Of a stretch of DNA of 64,000 nt, positions 39,004-51,139 are shown piece by piece. The stretch is from Nannocystis bainbridge (GTDB taxonomy: Bacteria > Myxococcota_A > Polyangia > Nannocystales > Nannocystaceae). The stretch lies in NCBI RefSeq assembly GCF_028368995.1, contig NZ_JAQNDL010000005.1:1-64000 (forward strand), read 5' to 3'. How positions within the stretch are numbered: the first letter of the stretch is position 1; each line of letters opens with the position of its first letter. Below the pieces are notes generated by a model that was not told the DNA's origin, ran no database searches, and saw only the letters and a list, made by a program, of their open reading frames with translations. The translations under genes and the position numbers were made by a program.

Positions 39004-40311
39004 ATGCGCCCCACCGTCCTGCTCCGGTACGCCGCCGCATTGGTCGTGCTCATCCCCGGGGCGCAGGCGTGGGCCAACCCGCCGGCGCCGGTGCTTCCGA
39101 AGCCGAGCGGACCGCCGCCGCCGCCGCCCGCGTGGATGCCCGCGGGCGAGGCCCAGCGCCAGGCCGAGGTGCCGCTCGGCAAGGCGACGTGGCGGCCCGG
39201 CAAGGGCATCGAGCTGGCCACGCCCGATCGCCGCTTCACCATCAACTTCAACATGTGGGCCCAGCTGTTGGCCACGGTCCGGCGCGAGGCGATCCCCGCC
39301 GCTGGGATGGAGCCGTGGACGAGCAGCCTCGAGTTCCGGCGGGCGCGCCTGATCCTGTCCGGCAGCATCTTCTCGCCGCACGTCGGCTACTACGTGCATT
39401 TGATGTTCGCGCCGAAGGACCTCGGGTTCAAGGACGGCACGCCGCGGCGCCCGCCGATCTTCCAGTGGTACACGACATGGACCCGCTACCGCCACGCGAA
39501 CATCCAGGCCGGCTTCTTCTTCGTGCCCTACGCGCGCCAGCGGATGGCGCCGCTGGCCAAGCTGCAGATGGTCGACAACTCGTCGGCCAGCTACGAGTTC
39601 ACGCTCGATCAGGACATCGGCGTGCAGGTGAGCTCGCCCGACGTCGCCGGCCTCGGCAAGCTGCGCTACCTCGCCGGCGTGTTCATGGGCGACGGCTACG
39701 ACTACTACAAGGCCAGCGATTTCGGCCTGACGTACATGGCCCGCGTCGACTACCTGCCCTTCGGCATGTTCGACGACTACAGCGAGGCTGACTTCGAGCG
39801 CAAGGCCACGCCGCGGCTCGCCATCGGCGCCGCCTACGCCTTCAGCGACCGCGACCACCGCACGCGCGCCATCAGCGGCACCACCTTCGCCGACGGCGGC
39901 ACCATGCGCAGCAACAACCTGACCGTCGACGCCATGTTCAAGGTCGCCGGCATGTCGCTGCTGCTCGATTTCTACTGGCGGCAGGGCTGGCGCTTGCCGG
40001 GTGACGCAAAGGACATGTTCGGAGAGCCAGTCGCCGTCGAGGCCGCCCGCAACGGCATCGGCTGGACCGCGCAGATGGGCCTCTTCATCCCGCGCACCCG
40101 CCTCGAGGTCACCGCTCGCTCGTCCGGCGTCCGCCCGTCGCGGCGCGCCGAGACCAGCCTCGGTCGCCTCGACGAGTACGGCGCCGGCCTCAACTACTAT
40201 TTTTACCGCCACTCGCTCAAGCTGCAGCTCGACTACTTCCGCCAGTACGGCCCGGGCGTGCCGGCCGGCGTCGCCGACCAGATGCGACTCCAGCTGCAAG
40301 CCGGCTTCTGA
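39004..40311 (+). CDS. Outer-membrane porin (OprO/OprP-like)
   Basis: Signal peptide, FRRARL, amphipathic beta strands, C-terminal QLQAGF. Confidence 0.8.
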   Translation: MRPTVLLRYAAALVVLIPGAQAWANPPAPVLPKPSGPPPPPPAWMPAGEAQRQAEVPLGKATWRPGKGIELATPDRRFTINFNMWAQLLATVRREAIPAAGMEPWTSSLEFRRARLILSGSIFSPHVGYYVHLMFAPKDLGFKDGTPRRPPIFQWYTTWTRYRHANIQAGFFFVPYARQRMAPLAKLQMVDNSSASYEFTLDQDIGVQVSSPDVAGLGKLRYLAGVFMGDGYDYYKASDFGLTYMARVDYLPFGMFDDYSEADFERKATPRLAIGAAYAFSDRDHRTRAISGTTFADGGTMRSNNLTVDAMFKVAGMSLLLDFYWRQGWRLPGDAKDMFGEPVAVEAARNGIGWTAQMGLFIPRTRLEVTARSSGVRPSRRAETSLGRLDEYGAGLNYYFYRHSLKLQLDYFRQYGPGVPAGVADQMRLQLQAGF

Positions 40312-40388
40312 GCGCCCGCGGGCGATCGCCTGACGGCCCGCGCGGGCCCGGGCTGCTCGCTCGTCGGACATGGTATCGTGCTGCGGCC

Positions 40389-41246
40389 ATGAGGTTCGCC
40401 CCGCCCGCGCTGCTCGTCTCGCTCCTCGTCGGCTGCGGCGGCGAAGCTCCCCCGCCGCCGCCCGCCCCGGTTCAAGCGCCCGCTCCGGCGCCCGCCCCCG
40501 AGCCCGAAGCACCGCCGCCGCCGAGCGGCCGCGTCTTGCTGGTCGCCAGCGAATTTGGCCTCTCGCCGCTCGCCTGCTACCTCGACGCCAGCCAGCAATT
40601 CGCCGGCGGCGCCGACTGCCTGGTCCTCGCGCCCGAGGGCACCGAGGTGTGGCTCATGAGCGGCGCGCCCGCGAAGGTCGTGGGCCGCGCAGTCGCGGCC
40701 TGCCCCGGGGTCGGCGAGCCCGAACCCACCCTCGTGATCGACGCCCCACCCGAGGCCCTGCGCGGTGACGCGCTCGTCCCGGCCAGCCTCAAGGGCGCGC
40801 TCGTCTACGTCACGCCGACCCCGCCGCCCGAGGCCGACCGCGACGCGCCCGCGGAGCTGCGGGCCCGCATCGCCGAGACCATCACCGCCGCCGCACCTGG
40901 CCTCAAGGTCAGCAAGCTGCGCATCGACCAACACGCCCGCCTCGACCTCGACGGCGACGGCAGCCCCGAAGCGCTGGTCGCCGCCGTGGTCCCCGACCCC
41001 AAGGACGCCGAAGCGAACCTCCGCTTCAGCGGCCTGTTCCTGGTGCCCGCGAGCGGCGCCCCGGTGCTGCTGCGCTCGCGCGTCGACACCCGCGAGCGCT
41101 ACGCCCTGCTCGGCGCCCTCGACCTCGACGGCGACGGCCCGCGCGAGCTCTACCTCAACACCTACGGCGACGACGGCTTCTCGCTGTCGCTCGAGTCGCG
41201 CGGCCCGAGCGGCCTGCAGTCCCTCGGCCGCTGGGCCTGCGGCTGA
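40389..41246 (+). CDS. Lipoprotein with DxDGDG (FG-GAP/VCBS-like) motifs
   Basis: Lipobox LLVGC; DLDGDG twice. Confidence 0.78.
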   Translation: MRFAPPALLVSLLVGCGGEAPPPPPAPVQAPAPAPAPEPEAPPPPSGRVLLVASEFGLSPLACYLDASQQFAGGADCLVLAPEGTEVWLMSGAPAKVVGRAVAACPGVGEPEPTLVIDAPPEALRGDALVPASLKGALVYVTPTPPPEADRDAPAELRARIAETITAAAPGLKVSKLRIDQHARLDLDGDGSPEALVAAVVPDPKDAEANLRFSGLFLVPASGAPVLLRSRVDTRERYALLGALDLDGDGPRELYLNTYGDDGFSLSLESRGPSGLQSLGRWACG

Positions 41247-41318
41247 CGATCGATGCATGACCCGAAGGACATGTCCGTTGCGACATGTTCCGCGAACACT
41301 CCGAACCATCGAGGCGCC

Positions 41319-43142
41319 ATGACCGACCCGCAGCCGCTGTCTCTCGCGCTCGCGCCCGCCGAGGTGGTCGTCACCTACCGCGAAGGCGGCGTCATGGAGC
41401 TGCGCTCGCCGCAGCCGCTGCAGCCCTACCCGGCCACCCTCGCGGCCGCGCTGCGCCGCTGGGCCGAGGAGGCGCCCGAGCGGGTGCTGCTCGGCGAGCG
41501 CCGTGACGGCCAGCTGTTCGAGCTGACCTACGGGGCCGCGTGGGCCCAGATCCGCCGCCTCGGCGCGGCCCTGCTGGCGCGCGGGCTGTCGGCCGCGCGG
41601 CCGCTGCTCTTGCTGTCCGACAACAGCGTCGACAACGCCCTGCTGCAGCTCGCGGCCATGTACGTCGGCGTGCCCGCGGTCCCGGTCTCGCCGGCCTACA
41701 GCCTGGTCTCGCAGGACCTCGAGAACCTGCGCCACATCGCCGCCCAGGTCGAGCCGGGCCTGGTGTTCGCCGCCGACGGGGCCCGCTTCGCCCGCGCGCT
41801 CGCGGCCGTCGGCGCCCCCGCGGTCGTCGGCCAGGCGCCGGGCGCCGGTCATTCTGTCCTCGAAGACATGCTCTCCGAGACATGTTCCTTGGACCATGCC
41901 GACGCCGCCCACGCCGCCACCGGCCCCGACACCGTCGCCAAGATCCTCTTCACCTCGGGCTCGACCAGCCGGCCCAAGGGCGTCGTCAACACCCAGCGCA
42001 TGCTGTGCTCGAACCAGCAGGCGATCGCCCAGTGCTGGCCGTTCCTGCGCGCGCGCCCGCCGGTGCTGGTCGACTGGCTGCCGTGGCACCACACCTTCGG
42101 CGGCAACCACAACTTCAACATGGCGCTGTTCCACGGCGGCTCGCTCTACCTCGACGAGGGCAAGCCGGCGCCGGGCCTGATCGAGCGCACCGTCGCCAAC
42201 CTGCGCGCCGTCCCGCCGACCCTCTACTTCAACGTCCCGCGCGGCTTCGAGGTCCTGCTGCCGCACCTCGAGCGCGACGCCGAGCTGCGCGAGCGGTTCT
42301 TCTCGCGCCTCGACGTCATCTTCTACGCCGGCGCCGCCCTGCCGCCCAACCTGTGGGCCCGCCTGGTCGCGGTGGCCGAGCAGGCCGGCGCGGCCGGGCG
42401 CGTGCTCATGGCCTCGGCGTGGGGCTCGACCGAGACGTCGCCGCTGGTCACCAGCGTCCACTTCTCGATCGAGCACGCCGGCATCATCGGCCTGCCGGCG
42501 CCCGGCTGCGAGCTCAAGCTGGTCCCGCGCGAGGGCAAGCTCGAGCTGCGGGTGCGCGGGCCCAACGTCACGCCCGGCTACCACCGCGAGCCCGAGCTCA
42601 CCGCCGCCGCCTTCGACGACGAGGGCTACTACTGCATCGGCGACGCCGGCCGCCTCGCCGACCCGACCGACCCGCGGCGCGGCGTGGTGTTCGATGGCCG
42701 CGTCGCCGAGGACTTCAAGCTCACCAGCGGCACGTGGGTCAGCGTCGGCGCCCTGCGGGTCGCCTTCATCGCCGCCGCCGCGCCGGTCGTGCAGGACGTC
42801 GTGATCGCCGGCGAGGGTCGGACCGCCGCCGGTGCGCTGATCTTCCTCAACCCCGACGGCTGCCGCGCGCTCGCCCCGGATGTCCCCGCGGACAGGTACA
42901 CCGACGACCCGCGGATCCGCGCCCACCTGGCCGCCGCGCTGGCCGCCCACAACGCCGCCAACCCGACCGGCAGCCGCCTGCTGGCCGCCGGTGTCGTGCT
43001 CGCCGAGCCGCCCGCGATCGACGCCGGCGAGATCACCGACAAGGGCTACATCAATCAACGCGCGGTCCTCCGCCGCCGCGCCGCCGACGTCGCCCGCCTC
43101 TACGCCAGCCCGCCCGACCCGGCCCGCGTCGACCCGGCCTGA
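41319..43142 (+). CDS. fcs: Feruloyl-CoA synthetase-like AMP-dependent ligase
   Basis: PVSPAYSL, FTSGSTSRPKG, DWLPWHHTFGGNHN, WGSTET, GRVAEDFKL, EITDKGYINQ. Confidence 0.88.
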   Translation: MTDPQPLSLALAPAEVVVTYREGGVMELRSPQPLQPYPATLAAALRRWAEEAPERVLLGERRDGQLFELTYGAAWAQIRRLGAALLARGLSAARPLLLLSDNSVDNALLQLAAMYVGVPAVPVSPAYSLVSQDLENLRHIAAQVEPGLVFAADGARFARALAAVGAPAVVGQAPGAGHSVLEDMLSETCSLDHADAAHAATGPDTVAKILFTSGSTSRPKGVVNTQRMLCSNQQAIAQCWPFLRARPPVLVDWLPWHHTFGGNHNFNMALFHGGSLYLDEGKPAPGLIERTVANLRAVPPTLYFNVPRGFEVLLPHLERDAELRERFFSRLDVIFYAGAALPPNLWARLVAVAEQAGAAGRVLMASAWGSTETSPLVTSVHFSIEHAGIIGLPAPGCELKLVPREGKLELRVRGPNVTPGYHREPELTAAAFDDEGYYCIGDAGRLADPTDPRRGVVFDGRVAEDFKLTSGTWVSVGALRVAFIAAAAPVVQDVVIAGEGRTAAGALIFLNPDGCRALAPDVPADRYTDDPRIRAHLAAALAAHNAANPTGSRLLAAGVVLAEPPAIDAGEITDKGYINQRAVLRRRAADVARLYASPPDPARVDPA

Positions 43143-43147
43143 TCGCC

Positions 43148-43228
43148 TGCGCTTCGGGACATGTCGCTTCGGACATGTTATCGACACGCTGGCGCTCGGG
43201 CGGGCGAATCAACCTGTCCCGAAGGACA
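43148..43228. repeat. 14-bp palindromic units after fcs
   Basis: Units at 43148, 43162 and TGTCCCGAAGGACA at 43215. Confidence 0.8.
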
Positions 43229-43400
43229 TCCTTAGTTCTCCGACTCGCGCCCTCCCCTGGCCCCCGAGCGGTCGCGGGTACCGCAGCCCCGAAGGTGCCG
43301 CCCTGCCCTCCGCGCCAGCCGCTGGCGGCTTCGGGTTCGCCGCACTAGCCCGTGCGCGCGCCCGCGTGGTAGCCTGCGGCCCGAAAGCACCGTTTTCGCA

Positions 43401-44753
<1,353 letters not shown>

Positions 44754-44892
44754 CGTCGGCGCGCGATCTCACCGCCGGGCTCGCCGGAGCCGCGTGAGGC
44801 CGATCCGGGCGGCGCGTCGCCGCGGCCGCGCGACCTGCGATGCGTGCGCGATTGCTTGACAGGCCCGGGGGGTCCGCACCACGCTCCGCGCG

Positions 44893-45435
44893 ATGCATCC
44901 GTGGCACGACATCTATGTCGACGAAGGCCAGCTCCCCCACGTCCCGGCGGTGATCGAGGTCCCGCAGGGCAGCAAGAACAAGTACGAGGTCGACAAGGAG
45001 ACCGGCTTCCTCCGCCTCGACCGCGTCCTCTTCAGCGCGGTGCACTACCCCGCCAACTACGGCTTCATCCCGCGCACCTACTGCGACGACGGCGACGCGC
45101 TCGACATCCTCGTCCTGCAGCAGAGCCCCGTGCACCCGCTGTGCATCGTCACGGCCCGCCCGATCGGCGTCATGCGCATGCGCGACGACAAGGGCATCGA
45201 CGACAAGATCGTCGCCGTCAGCACCCACGACCCCTGGTTCAACGAGTACACCGACCAGTCGCAGCTGCCGCACCACGTCATGCGCGAGGTCCGGCGCTTC
45301 TTCGAGGACTACAAGATCCTCGAGAACAAGACCGTCGTCATCGACGACATCCTCGGCACCGCCGAGGCCCTCGGCGTCATCCGCGAGGCGTTCGAGCTGT
45401 ACAAGCGGCTGCGCCGCGGCGAGCTCAATAAGTAG
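44893..45435 (+). CDS. ppa: Inorganic pyrophosphatase (family I)
   Basis: KYEVDK, YPANYG, DDGDALD, DDK, FFEDYK. Confidence 0.95.
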   Translation: MHPWHDIYVDEGQLPHVPAVIEVPQGSKNKYEVDKETGFLRLDRVLFSAVHYPANYGFIPRTYCDDGDALDILVLQQSPVHPLCIVTARPIGVMRMRDDKGIDDKIVAVSTHDPWFNEYTDQSQLPHHVMREVRRFFEDYKILENKTVVIDDILGTAEALGVIREAFELYKRLRRGELNK

Positions 45436-45489
45436 TCGCGCGGGACATGTCCTTCAGGGCATGTCCTCCGGGGCATGTCCCTCGGGACA
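45434..45489. repeat. Array of four 14-bp units immediately after the ppa stop
   Basis: TGTCCTTCAGGGCA, TGTCCTCCGGGGCA, TGTCCCTCGGGACA in tandem, preceded by a degenerate unit. Confidence 0.9.
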
Positions 45490-45841
45490 GCGCTCCGATG
45501 CCCGGCGCGCGCGTGCCATGGCGCGCGAGCAGTCTTGGCCGGCGGCGATTCGCGGCCGGCTGGATCGCACGGCGACATGCGGGGTCCTTGCGGACATCCT
45601 CGATCGGCCCACATCCTGCGCTCGCAGGCTCCACTGGGCCGGTCGAAGAACTGGCGGGCGGACCGCCCGCGCGCTGAGAACTCGCTCGGGCGATGGCTCG
45701 TCGGCGACGAGCGTGCCCTGACCGCGACGGCGAGCTCGGAGGGCCCTCGCGTTTGCGGCCCAGGAAGCAGCATCCTGGAGCTCCGCGTGGGCCTCGCGCC
45801 GACATCGACCCGGCTCTCCGTCTCCGCTACCGTCGCGCCCG

Positions 45842-46795
45842 TTGCCACCCCCCACGGGCCAGGACACCGCCAGGGCCGTCGCCGCGCTGCTCGTCGTGCA
45901 GCTGCTGTTCGGCACCCACTACAGCGCCGCGCGCGAGATCACCGCGTATCTCGATCCGATCGCGTGGACGCTGATCCGTCAGTGCGGCGGCGCCCTCCTG
46001 CTCGTCGGCGCCGCGCTGGTCCTGCGCAAGGCCTGGCCGCGCCGCGGCTGGGGTCTGCTCGCCGTGCTCGGCCTGCTCGGCGTGGTCTTGAACCAGCTGC
46101 TCTTCAACGCCGGCATCCAGCGCTCCACCGCCGTCCACGGCGCGCTGGTCATGGCCACCGTGCCGGCGCAGACGCTCGCGCTCGGGGTCCTGTTCGGCCA
46201 GGAGTCGTTGACCCGGCGCAAGCTCGCCAGCGTCGCGCTCGGGGTCGTCGGCATCGCCGCCCTGTTCGGCGTCGACCAGCTGGCCGTCGGGACAGGTGCC
46301 TGGCTGCGCACCCGCGACGGCGCGCTCGCGGCCCGCTTCAGCGACACCGTGCTCTGCGGCGACCTGCTGATCCTCGGCAACGCCGCCGCCTACTCGCTGT
46401 TCCTCGCCCTCTCCAAGCGCGTGTCCGAGTCGACCGACCCGCTGACCCTCTCGGCCGCGATCTACGCCTGCTCGCTGCCGATGATCGCCGTCGTCGGCCT
46501 GCCCGCCCTCGTCGCCGTCGACCTCGCCGCCGTGCCGGGCCACGTGTGGCTGCTCGGCGCGCTCGTCATCGTCGGCCCGACCGCCGTCGCCTACATCCTC
46601 AGCCTCTACGCCCTGCGCCGCCTGCCGACCTCGCTGGTCGGGCTGTTCATCAACGTCCAGTTCATCATCGCCGCCGCCACCGCCGCGCTGTGGCACGGCG
46701 AGCGCCTCGACGACCGCACGGTGCTCGCCGCCGCCGCGGTGCTGCTCGGGCTGTCGCTGCGGTTCGTGCCCGAGCGCGGCGCGCCACCGAGCTGA
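45842..46795 (+). CDS. EamA/DMT-family transporter
   Basis: About 10 TM helices in two repeats; GQESL and GERL motifs. Confidence 0.88.
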   Translation: MPPPTGQDTARAVAALLVVQLLFGTHYSAAREITAYLDPIAWTLIRQCGGALLLVGAALVLRKAWPRRGWGLLAVLGLLGVVLNQLLFNAGIQRSTAVHGALVMATVPAQTLALGVLFGQESLTRRKLASVALGVVGIAALFGVDQLAVGTGAWLRTRDGALAARFSDTVLCGDLLILGNAAAYSLFLALSKRVSESTDPLTLSAAIYACSLPMIAVVGLPALVAVDLAAVPGHVWLLGALVIVGPTAVAYILSLYALRRLPTSLVGLFINVQFIIAAATAALWHGERLDDRTVLAAAAVLLGLSLRFVPERGAPPS

Positions 46796-46948
46796 ACCTC
46801 GGGACATGCCCCTCGGCGCATGTTCCCCCGGACATGTGCGCGAGCGCGCTCCGGCCGGCTCGCGCTCGCCGCCGGCGCGGATCTCCAGGACATGCCCCTC
46901 AGGACATGCCCGTGCGGACATGCCGCAGAGAGCATGTCCCGAGAGTCA
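46793..46948. repeat. Two arrays (3 and 4 units) of the 14-bp palindrome
   Basis: 46793-46834 starts on the TGA stop; second array 46893-46948. Confidence 0.88.
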
Positions 46949-47802
46949 TCCCGCGCGGCGCCGCGCCTCGTGGCGCGAAATTGGACGGAGCGGCCCGGGC
47001 ACCATTGCCCGGGCCGCCCTTGGTTGCGCCTCGTCCAAAAACTTGTGGGCTCGCTCAGGGCGTGGCGTCGGTCACCAGCTCGGCGAGGACCCGCGACGGA
47101 CGCGGGCGGGCCGGGTGGACGCGATCGCGCACGCCCGAGCGGGCGGCGTTGCGGCGAGCTGCCCAGGGGGTCAGGTCGGGGTTGCCGGCACCGGCCTCGC
47201 GCGGCGGCGTGACGGGGCGGGCCACGGCGGGGCTATGGGCCAGCCCTGGCGTCTCGGCGACGGGGCGGCCGCTCCAGCCCTTGCGCTTGCCCTTGCGGCC
47301 GGAACCGGCAGCGGGCTCGGCCTTGGCGGCGGCCACGGTGAGGCGGTCGTTGCGGCGGGCCAGGTACTTGGCGACCGCGATCGAGCGATGGCATTCGCCG
47401 AGGGGGGCGGCGTGCCGCTGGCGGGGGAAGTTGCGGACCCCGGGTCGGCCGGAGGGAGGAGCGGCACCGAGCGTGTTGCTCGGGCCAGCGAGCGAGCGGA
47501 GAGCCTGAGGGGCCCGCGCAGTGTTGCCCAAGATCTTGGGGGGGCAGCGGCGGCTTCTCGTTCGCATCGGCTGTTTCATGGGGCAGCTTCCACGCGGACG
47601 CTCGCGGTCGATTCCGCGAGCGGCTGTACGGCCGGACTATATGCACACTGGTTCGCTTTCGGTACCCGGAAAGCACAGGGCGCCGTCGACCCCGCCGAGG
47701 CCGACCACCAGACCCGGCGACAGGCCCGGCGCGGGGTGGACAGCGAGGCCGCATGATGCGCGCTAGCGTGCCGTGGAGGCACGAATTCGCCACAATTGGA
47801 TC

Positions 47803-47811
47803 TGTGGATAA
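47803..47811 (-). promoter_or_regulatory. Perfect DnaA-box (TTATCCACA) in an AT-rich intergenic patch
   Basis: TGTGGATAA on the + strand; AT-rich 47780-47885. Confidence 0.4.
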
Positions 47812-47964
47812 ATCTGCCAGCAGAGATCGGTTTCGTCCTTCGGACAACTGTCACATTGTAGTTTTTGTAAGGGGCAACACAATCACGGCAACAGCAGCCG
47901 GCGCGCCTGCGCTCGTCGCCCCGCTACGTGCAACGGCTCACGGTGGATCACTCCCTCCTCCGGA

Positions 47965-49263
47965 TCACCGACGTGATGTCGCGGGCCGCGGGGCCTCCGC
48001 CAATGCGAGCGAGAACTCGAGCTCGGACCGCGAGACCGCGGCGGTGACGACCCGCGCCCGGTAGTCGACGCCGAGCATGTCGAACTCGATCGCGCCGGCG
48101 ACCGACTCGCTGAGGGCGAAGGTCTGCCGGCCGAGACCGGAGAACCACACCGCCGCGCGCACCCGCAGCGCGCCCGTGACCTCCTCGAGCGTGCCGTCGG
48201 CGACCTCCACCGCCAGGTCACCGCCGCGCTCGGCGGCGGCCTTCGGCGTGCCGCCGAAGCTGAGGCGGGCGCAGGTGCCCTCGGTGCTCCACGCGTGGAC
48301 CTTGAGCGGCCGCTCGCCGGCCCGCCAGTCGACGCCCGCGAGCAGCTCGCCGCGCGGGTCGGGGGCGCCGTCGCGGTTGTAGCGCGCCGGGATCTGGCCG
48401 CTCGCCATGGCCCGGTTGGCCAGCGCGGCCGCCACCCCGCCCGACATGCGCAGACCGACCAGGCGGGCGTCGCTGCCCGGCGGGCGAGCTGTCCCCGGGG
48501 ACAGGGCCTCCGCCGGCAGCGCGGCGTGGGCCCACAGCTCGAGGTCGGTCGCCCCGCTCTTCAGCTCGATCTTCGTCAACGGGACGTCGCCGAGGTCGAT
48601 CTCGAGGTCGACGAGGTCGTCTGTCCCTTGGAGCAGGTTGTCGCGGATCTGCGGCCAGCGCCCGCCGACCAGCTCGCGCAGGAAGGTCTCGGCCAGCGCC
48701 TCGACCTGCTCGCGCCCGACCAGCGCGCGCGCGGCCCCGGGCACCAGCGACAGCAAGAACTCGGCGAACCGCTTGCGCTCGGCCGGCGGCAGGCTCGGCC
48801 TCACTTCGCGGAGGTCGGCGGCGCCGAGGCGCAGGCGCACGCTGCCGGCGGCCGGATCGAGGCGCGGCGCGACCACGGCGTCGAGCTCGAGCGCGGTGAC
48901 GGGCTTGCCCTGACTGAGGAGGGCCACGCTCACGCGCGCGCCGACGCTGCCGGCCGGGGCCGGGCGAAAGGCGACGCTGCGGATCGTCACCGCGAGCGCG
49001 CCGAGATCGACCGGGCCGAGGTCGGGCAGCGGCAACCGCACCTGCGGCAGGCTGGCCAGCGAGCGCTGCACGCTCTGGCTCAGCGTCGCGTACGGCACCG
49101 CCAGGGCCAGGTGGGGGCCGGGCGCGGCGGCGCGGCGCGTGAAGGCCTCGCGGTCGGCTCGCACCTTGCTGCACACCGAGCTGGCGCAGCCGGGCGTCGT
49201 CAGCAGCAGCGGGATCAGCGGGGCGAGGACGAGGAGGACGCCGGGGGCGGGACGAGGGCGCAT
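47965..49263 (-). CDS. Hypothetical lipoprotein
   Basis: Signal with TPGC lipobox; strong GC3 bias. Confidence 0.7.
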   Translation of the reverse strand: MRPRPAPGVLLVLAPLIPLLLTTPGCASSVCSKVRADREAFTRRAAAPGPHLALAVPYATLSQSVQRSLASLPQVRLPLPDLGPVDLGALAVTIRSVAFRPAPAGSVGARVSVALLSQGKPVTALELDAVVAPRLDPAAGSVRLRLGAADLREVRPSLPPAERKRFAEFLLSLVPGAARALVGREQVEALAETFLRELVGGRWPQIRDNLLQGTDDLVDLEIDLGDVPLTKIELKSGATDLELWAHAALPAEALSPGTARPPGSDARLVGLRMSGGVAAALANRAMASGQIPARYNRDGAPDPRGELLAGVDWRAGERPLKVHAWSTEGTCARLSFGGTPKAAAERGGDLAVEVADGTLEEVTGALRVRAAVWFSGLGRQTFALSESVAGAIEFDMLGVDYRARVVTAAVSRSELEFSLALAEAPRPATSRR

Positions 49264-49291
49264 GTGGCCCCAGTCTAGCGGGCCCGGCGGT

Positions 49292-49297
49292 TATAGT
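49292..49297 (+). promoter_or_regulatory. -10 box TATAGT 6 nt before the GTG start (leaderless promoter)
   Basis: Same box and spacing conserved at 51128-51133 before the paralogue. Confidence 0.55.
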
Positions 49298-49303
49298 GGC
49301 GGC

Positions 49304-51052
49304 GTGTCGCTCGGCAGCGTCCTCGTCCTCCTCGTCGCGCTCGGCGTCGTGGCCCTCGACCTCGCCGTCACCTCGTCCTGGACCGGCCTCGTCATCGTGT
49401 TCGGCATGGCCGCCGTGACCCTCGCGGTCGCGGAGGAGGTCCGGCAGATGATCTTCGCCCGCCGCGAGGGCGCCGGCATGGACGGCGTGCTGTGGTTCGA
49501 GGTCGCGCTGCTGCTGGCCCTGCTCGGCTTCCTGCTCGCGCGGACCTTCGCCCTCACCGGCCAGTTCGGCGGCACCCTCGAGGCCAGCGGGATCGCGGCC
49601 CTCGAGACCTACGACCTCGTGTTCGCCAGCCTGGCCGCGGTCGCCGGCGGCCTGGTCATCGCCCCCGAGCGCACGGGACATGTCCTCCTGAACATGTCCC
49701 AGCGGCCAGCCATGATGCTGATCGGCAGCTTCGCGGCGATGATCCTGATCGGCAGCCTGCTCCTCACCCTGCCGCTGTCGCTGACCCAGGCCGCCCACAC
49801 CTCGTACGTCGACTCGCTGTTCACCATGGCCAGCGCCGTGTGCGTCACCGGCCTGACCGTCAACGACGTGCCGACCGTCTACACCGCCTTCGGTCAGGGC
49901 GTCATCCTCGCCGGCATCCAGCTCGGCGGCGTCGGCATCATGACCATCGCCGCCCTCGCGCTGGCGTTCAGCCATAACAGCTCGCTCCAGAGCCAGCTGC
50001 GCTACGCCGCCATGCTCGACGCCCGCACCGTCACCGACCTGCGCAAGATCGTCGTCGGCATCCTCGCCGGCACCTTCGTCGTCGAGGCCATCGGCGCGCT
50101 GCTGCTGTGGTCCCTCCTGCTCGGCGACCCGCGCCTCGGCGAGCACTCGGCGCTGTGGATGGCCGTGTTCCACGCGGTCTCGGCCTTCTGCAACGCCGGC
50201 TTCTCGCTGTTCCCCGCCAGCCTCACCGGGTTCGCCGGCGAGTTCGGGGTCCAGACCGTGATCATGGGCCTCATCATCCTGGGCGGCCTCGGCTTCCCGG
50301 TCATGGTCGAGCTGGTGCGCCACGGCTGGCGCCGCCTCGTCCGCCTGGTGAAGCGCTCCGCGCCGGCGCCCGCCCGCCTGTCCCTGACCACCCGCGTGGT
50401 CCTCTCGACCAGCCTCCTCCTGATCGTCGCCGGCACCGTCGTCATCTACGCGCTCGAGTTCTCGCACGCGCTGGTGCCGGCCAGCGAGCAGGGCTTCGGC
50501 CGCCGCTTCATGGCCGCGCTGTTCGCCTCGGTCAACACCCGCACCGCCGGCTTCAACTCCTACGACATGGCCGGCCTGCGCGACGCGACGATCCTCGTCA
50601 CCTGCGCGCTGATGTTCATCGGTGGTTCGCCGGCGTCGACCGCCGGCGGCATCAAGACCACCACCTTCGCCACCATCGTCGCCACCCTGCGCGCGGAGCT
50701 GCGCGGCCGCGAGCCCGAGCTCGGCGGTCGCGCCCTCGCCCCCGAGGTCGTGCGCAAGGCCACCGCCGTGCTGGTGATGATGGGCGGCCTCGCCCTGACC
50801 ATCATCCTCCTGCTGGCCCTCACCGAGCGGCAGCCGTTCCTCAAGCTGTGCCTCGAGGCCGTCTCGGCGCTCGCCACCGTCGGCCTCTCGACCGGCATCA
50901 CCGGCTCGCTGACCGTCGCCGGCAAGCTGATCGTGTCGGCCGCGATGTTCCTCGGCCGCGTCGGCCCCTTCACGATCGCCCTCGCCGTGGGCGAGAGCGC
51001 GGCCAGCCAACCCCGCTACCGCCTCGCCCGCGAGGATCTCCCGGTCGGCTGA
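49304..51052 (+). CDS. trkH: Trk/Ktr potassium uptake membrane subunit, copy 1
   Basis: SAVCVTGL, SAFCNAGF, TRTAGF, STAGGIK, ATVGLSTG, GRVGP; GTG start inferred. Confidence 0.92.
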   Translation: MSLGSVLVLLVALGVVALDLAVTSSWTGLVIVFGMAAVTLAVAEEVRQMIFARREGAGMDGVLWFEVALLLALLGFLLARTFALTGQFGGTLEASGIAALETYDLVFASLAAVAGGLVIAPERTGHVLLNMSQRPAMMLIGSFAAMILIGSLLLTLPLSLTQAAHTSYVDSLFTMASAVCVTGLTVNDVPTVYTAFGQGVILAGIQLGGVGIMTIAALALAFSHNSSLQSQLRYAAMLDARTVTDLRKIVVGILAGTFVVEAIGALLLWSLLLGDPRLGEHSALWMAVFHAVSAFCNAGFSLFPASLTGFAGEFGVQTVIMGLIILGGLGFPVMVELVRHGWRRLVRLVKRSAPAPARLSLTTRVVLSTSLLLIVAGTVVIYALEFSHALVPASEQGFGRRFMAALFASVNTRTAGFNSYDMAGLRDATILVTCALMFIGGSPASTAGGIKTTTFATIVATLRAELRGREPELGGRALAPEVVRKATAVLVMMGGLALTIILLLALTERQPFLKLCLEAVSALATVGLSTGITGSLTVAGKLIVSAAMFLGRVGPFTIALAVGESAASQPRYRLAREDLPVG

Positions 51053-51139
51053 CCCGGGCCTGCCCGTGCACCTCGCTGCGCGCCGCGGCGCCCCGCAACA
51101 GCGCAGCCCGCGAGGCCACGCGGCCGGTATAGTGGTGGC

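Noticed and set aside
45442-45489. GGACATGTCC junctions match the eukaryotic p53 half-site RRRCWWGYYY
   Set aside because: The decamer arises from joining two 14-mers; singletons show TGTCC-N4-GGACA is the unit. Coincidental.
47055-47579. 174-aa minus-strand ORF
   Set aside because: No recognisable motif and weak codon bias, so not called, although the KYLARRNDRL..GRKGKRKG stretch could be a remnant.
47780-47890. Replication origin
   Set aside because: Only one perfect DnaA box, and no dnaA/dnaN/gidA context.
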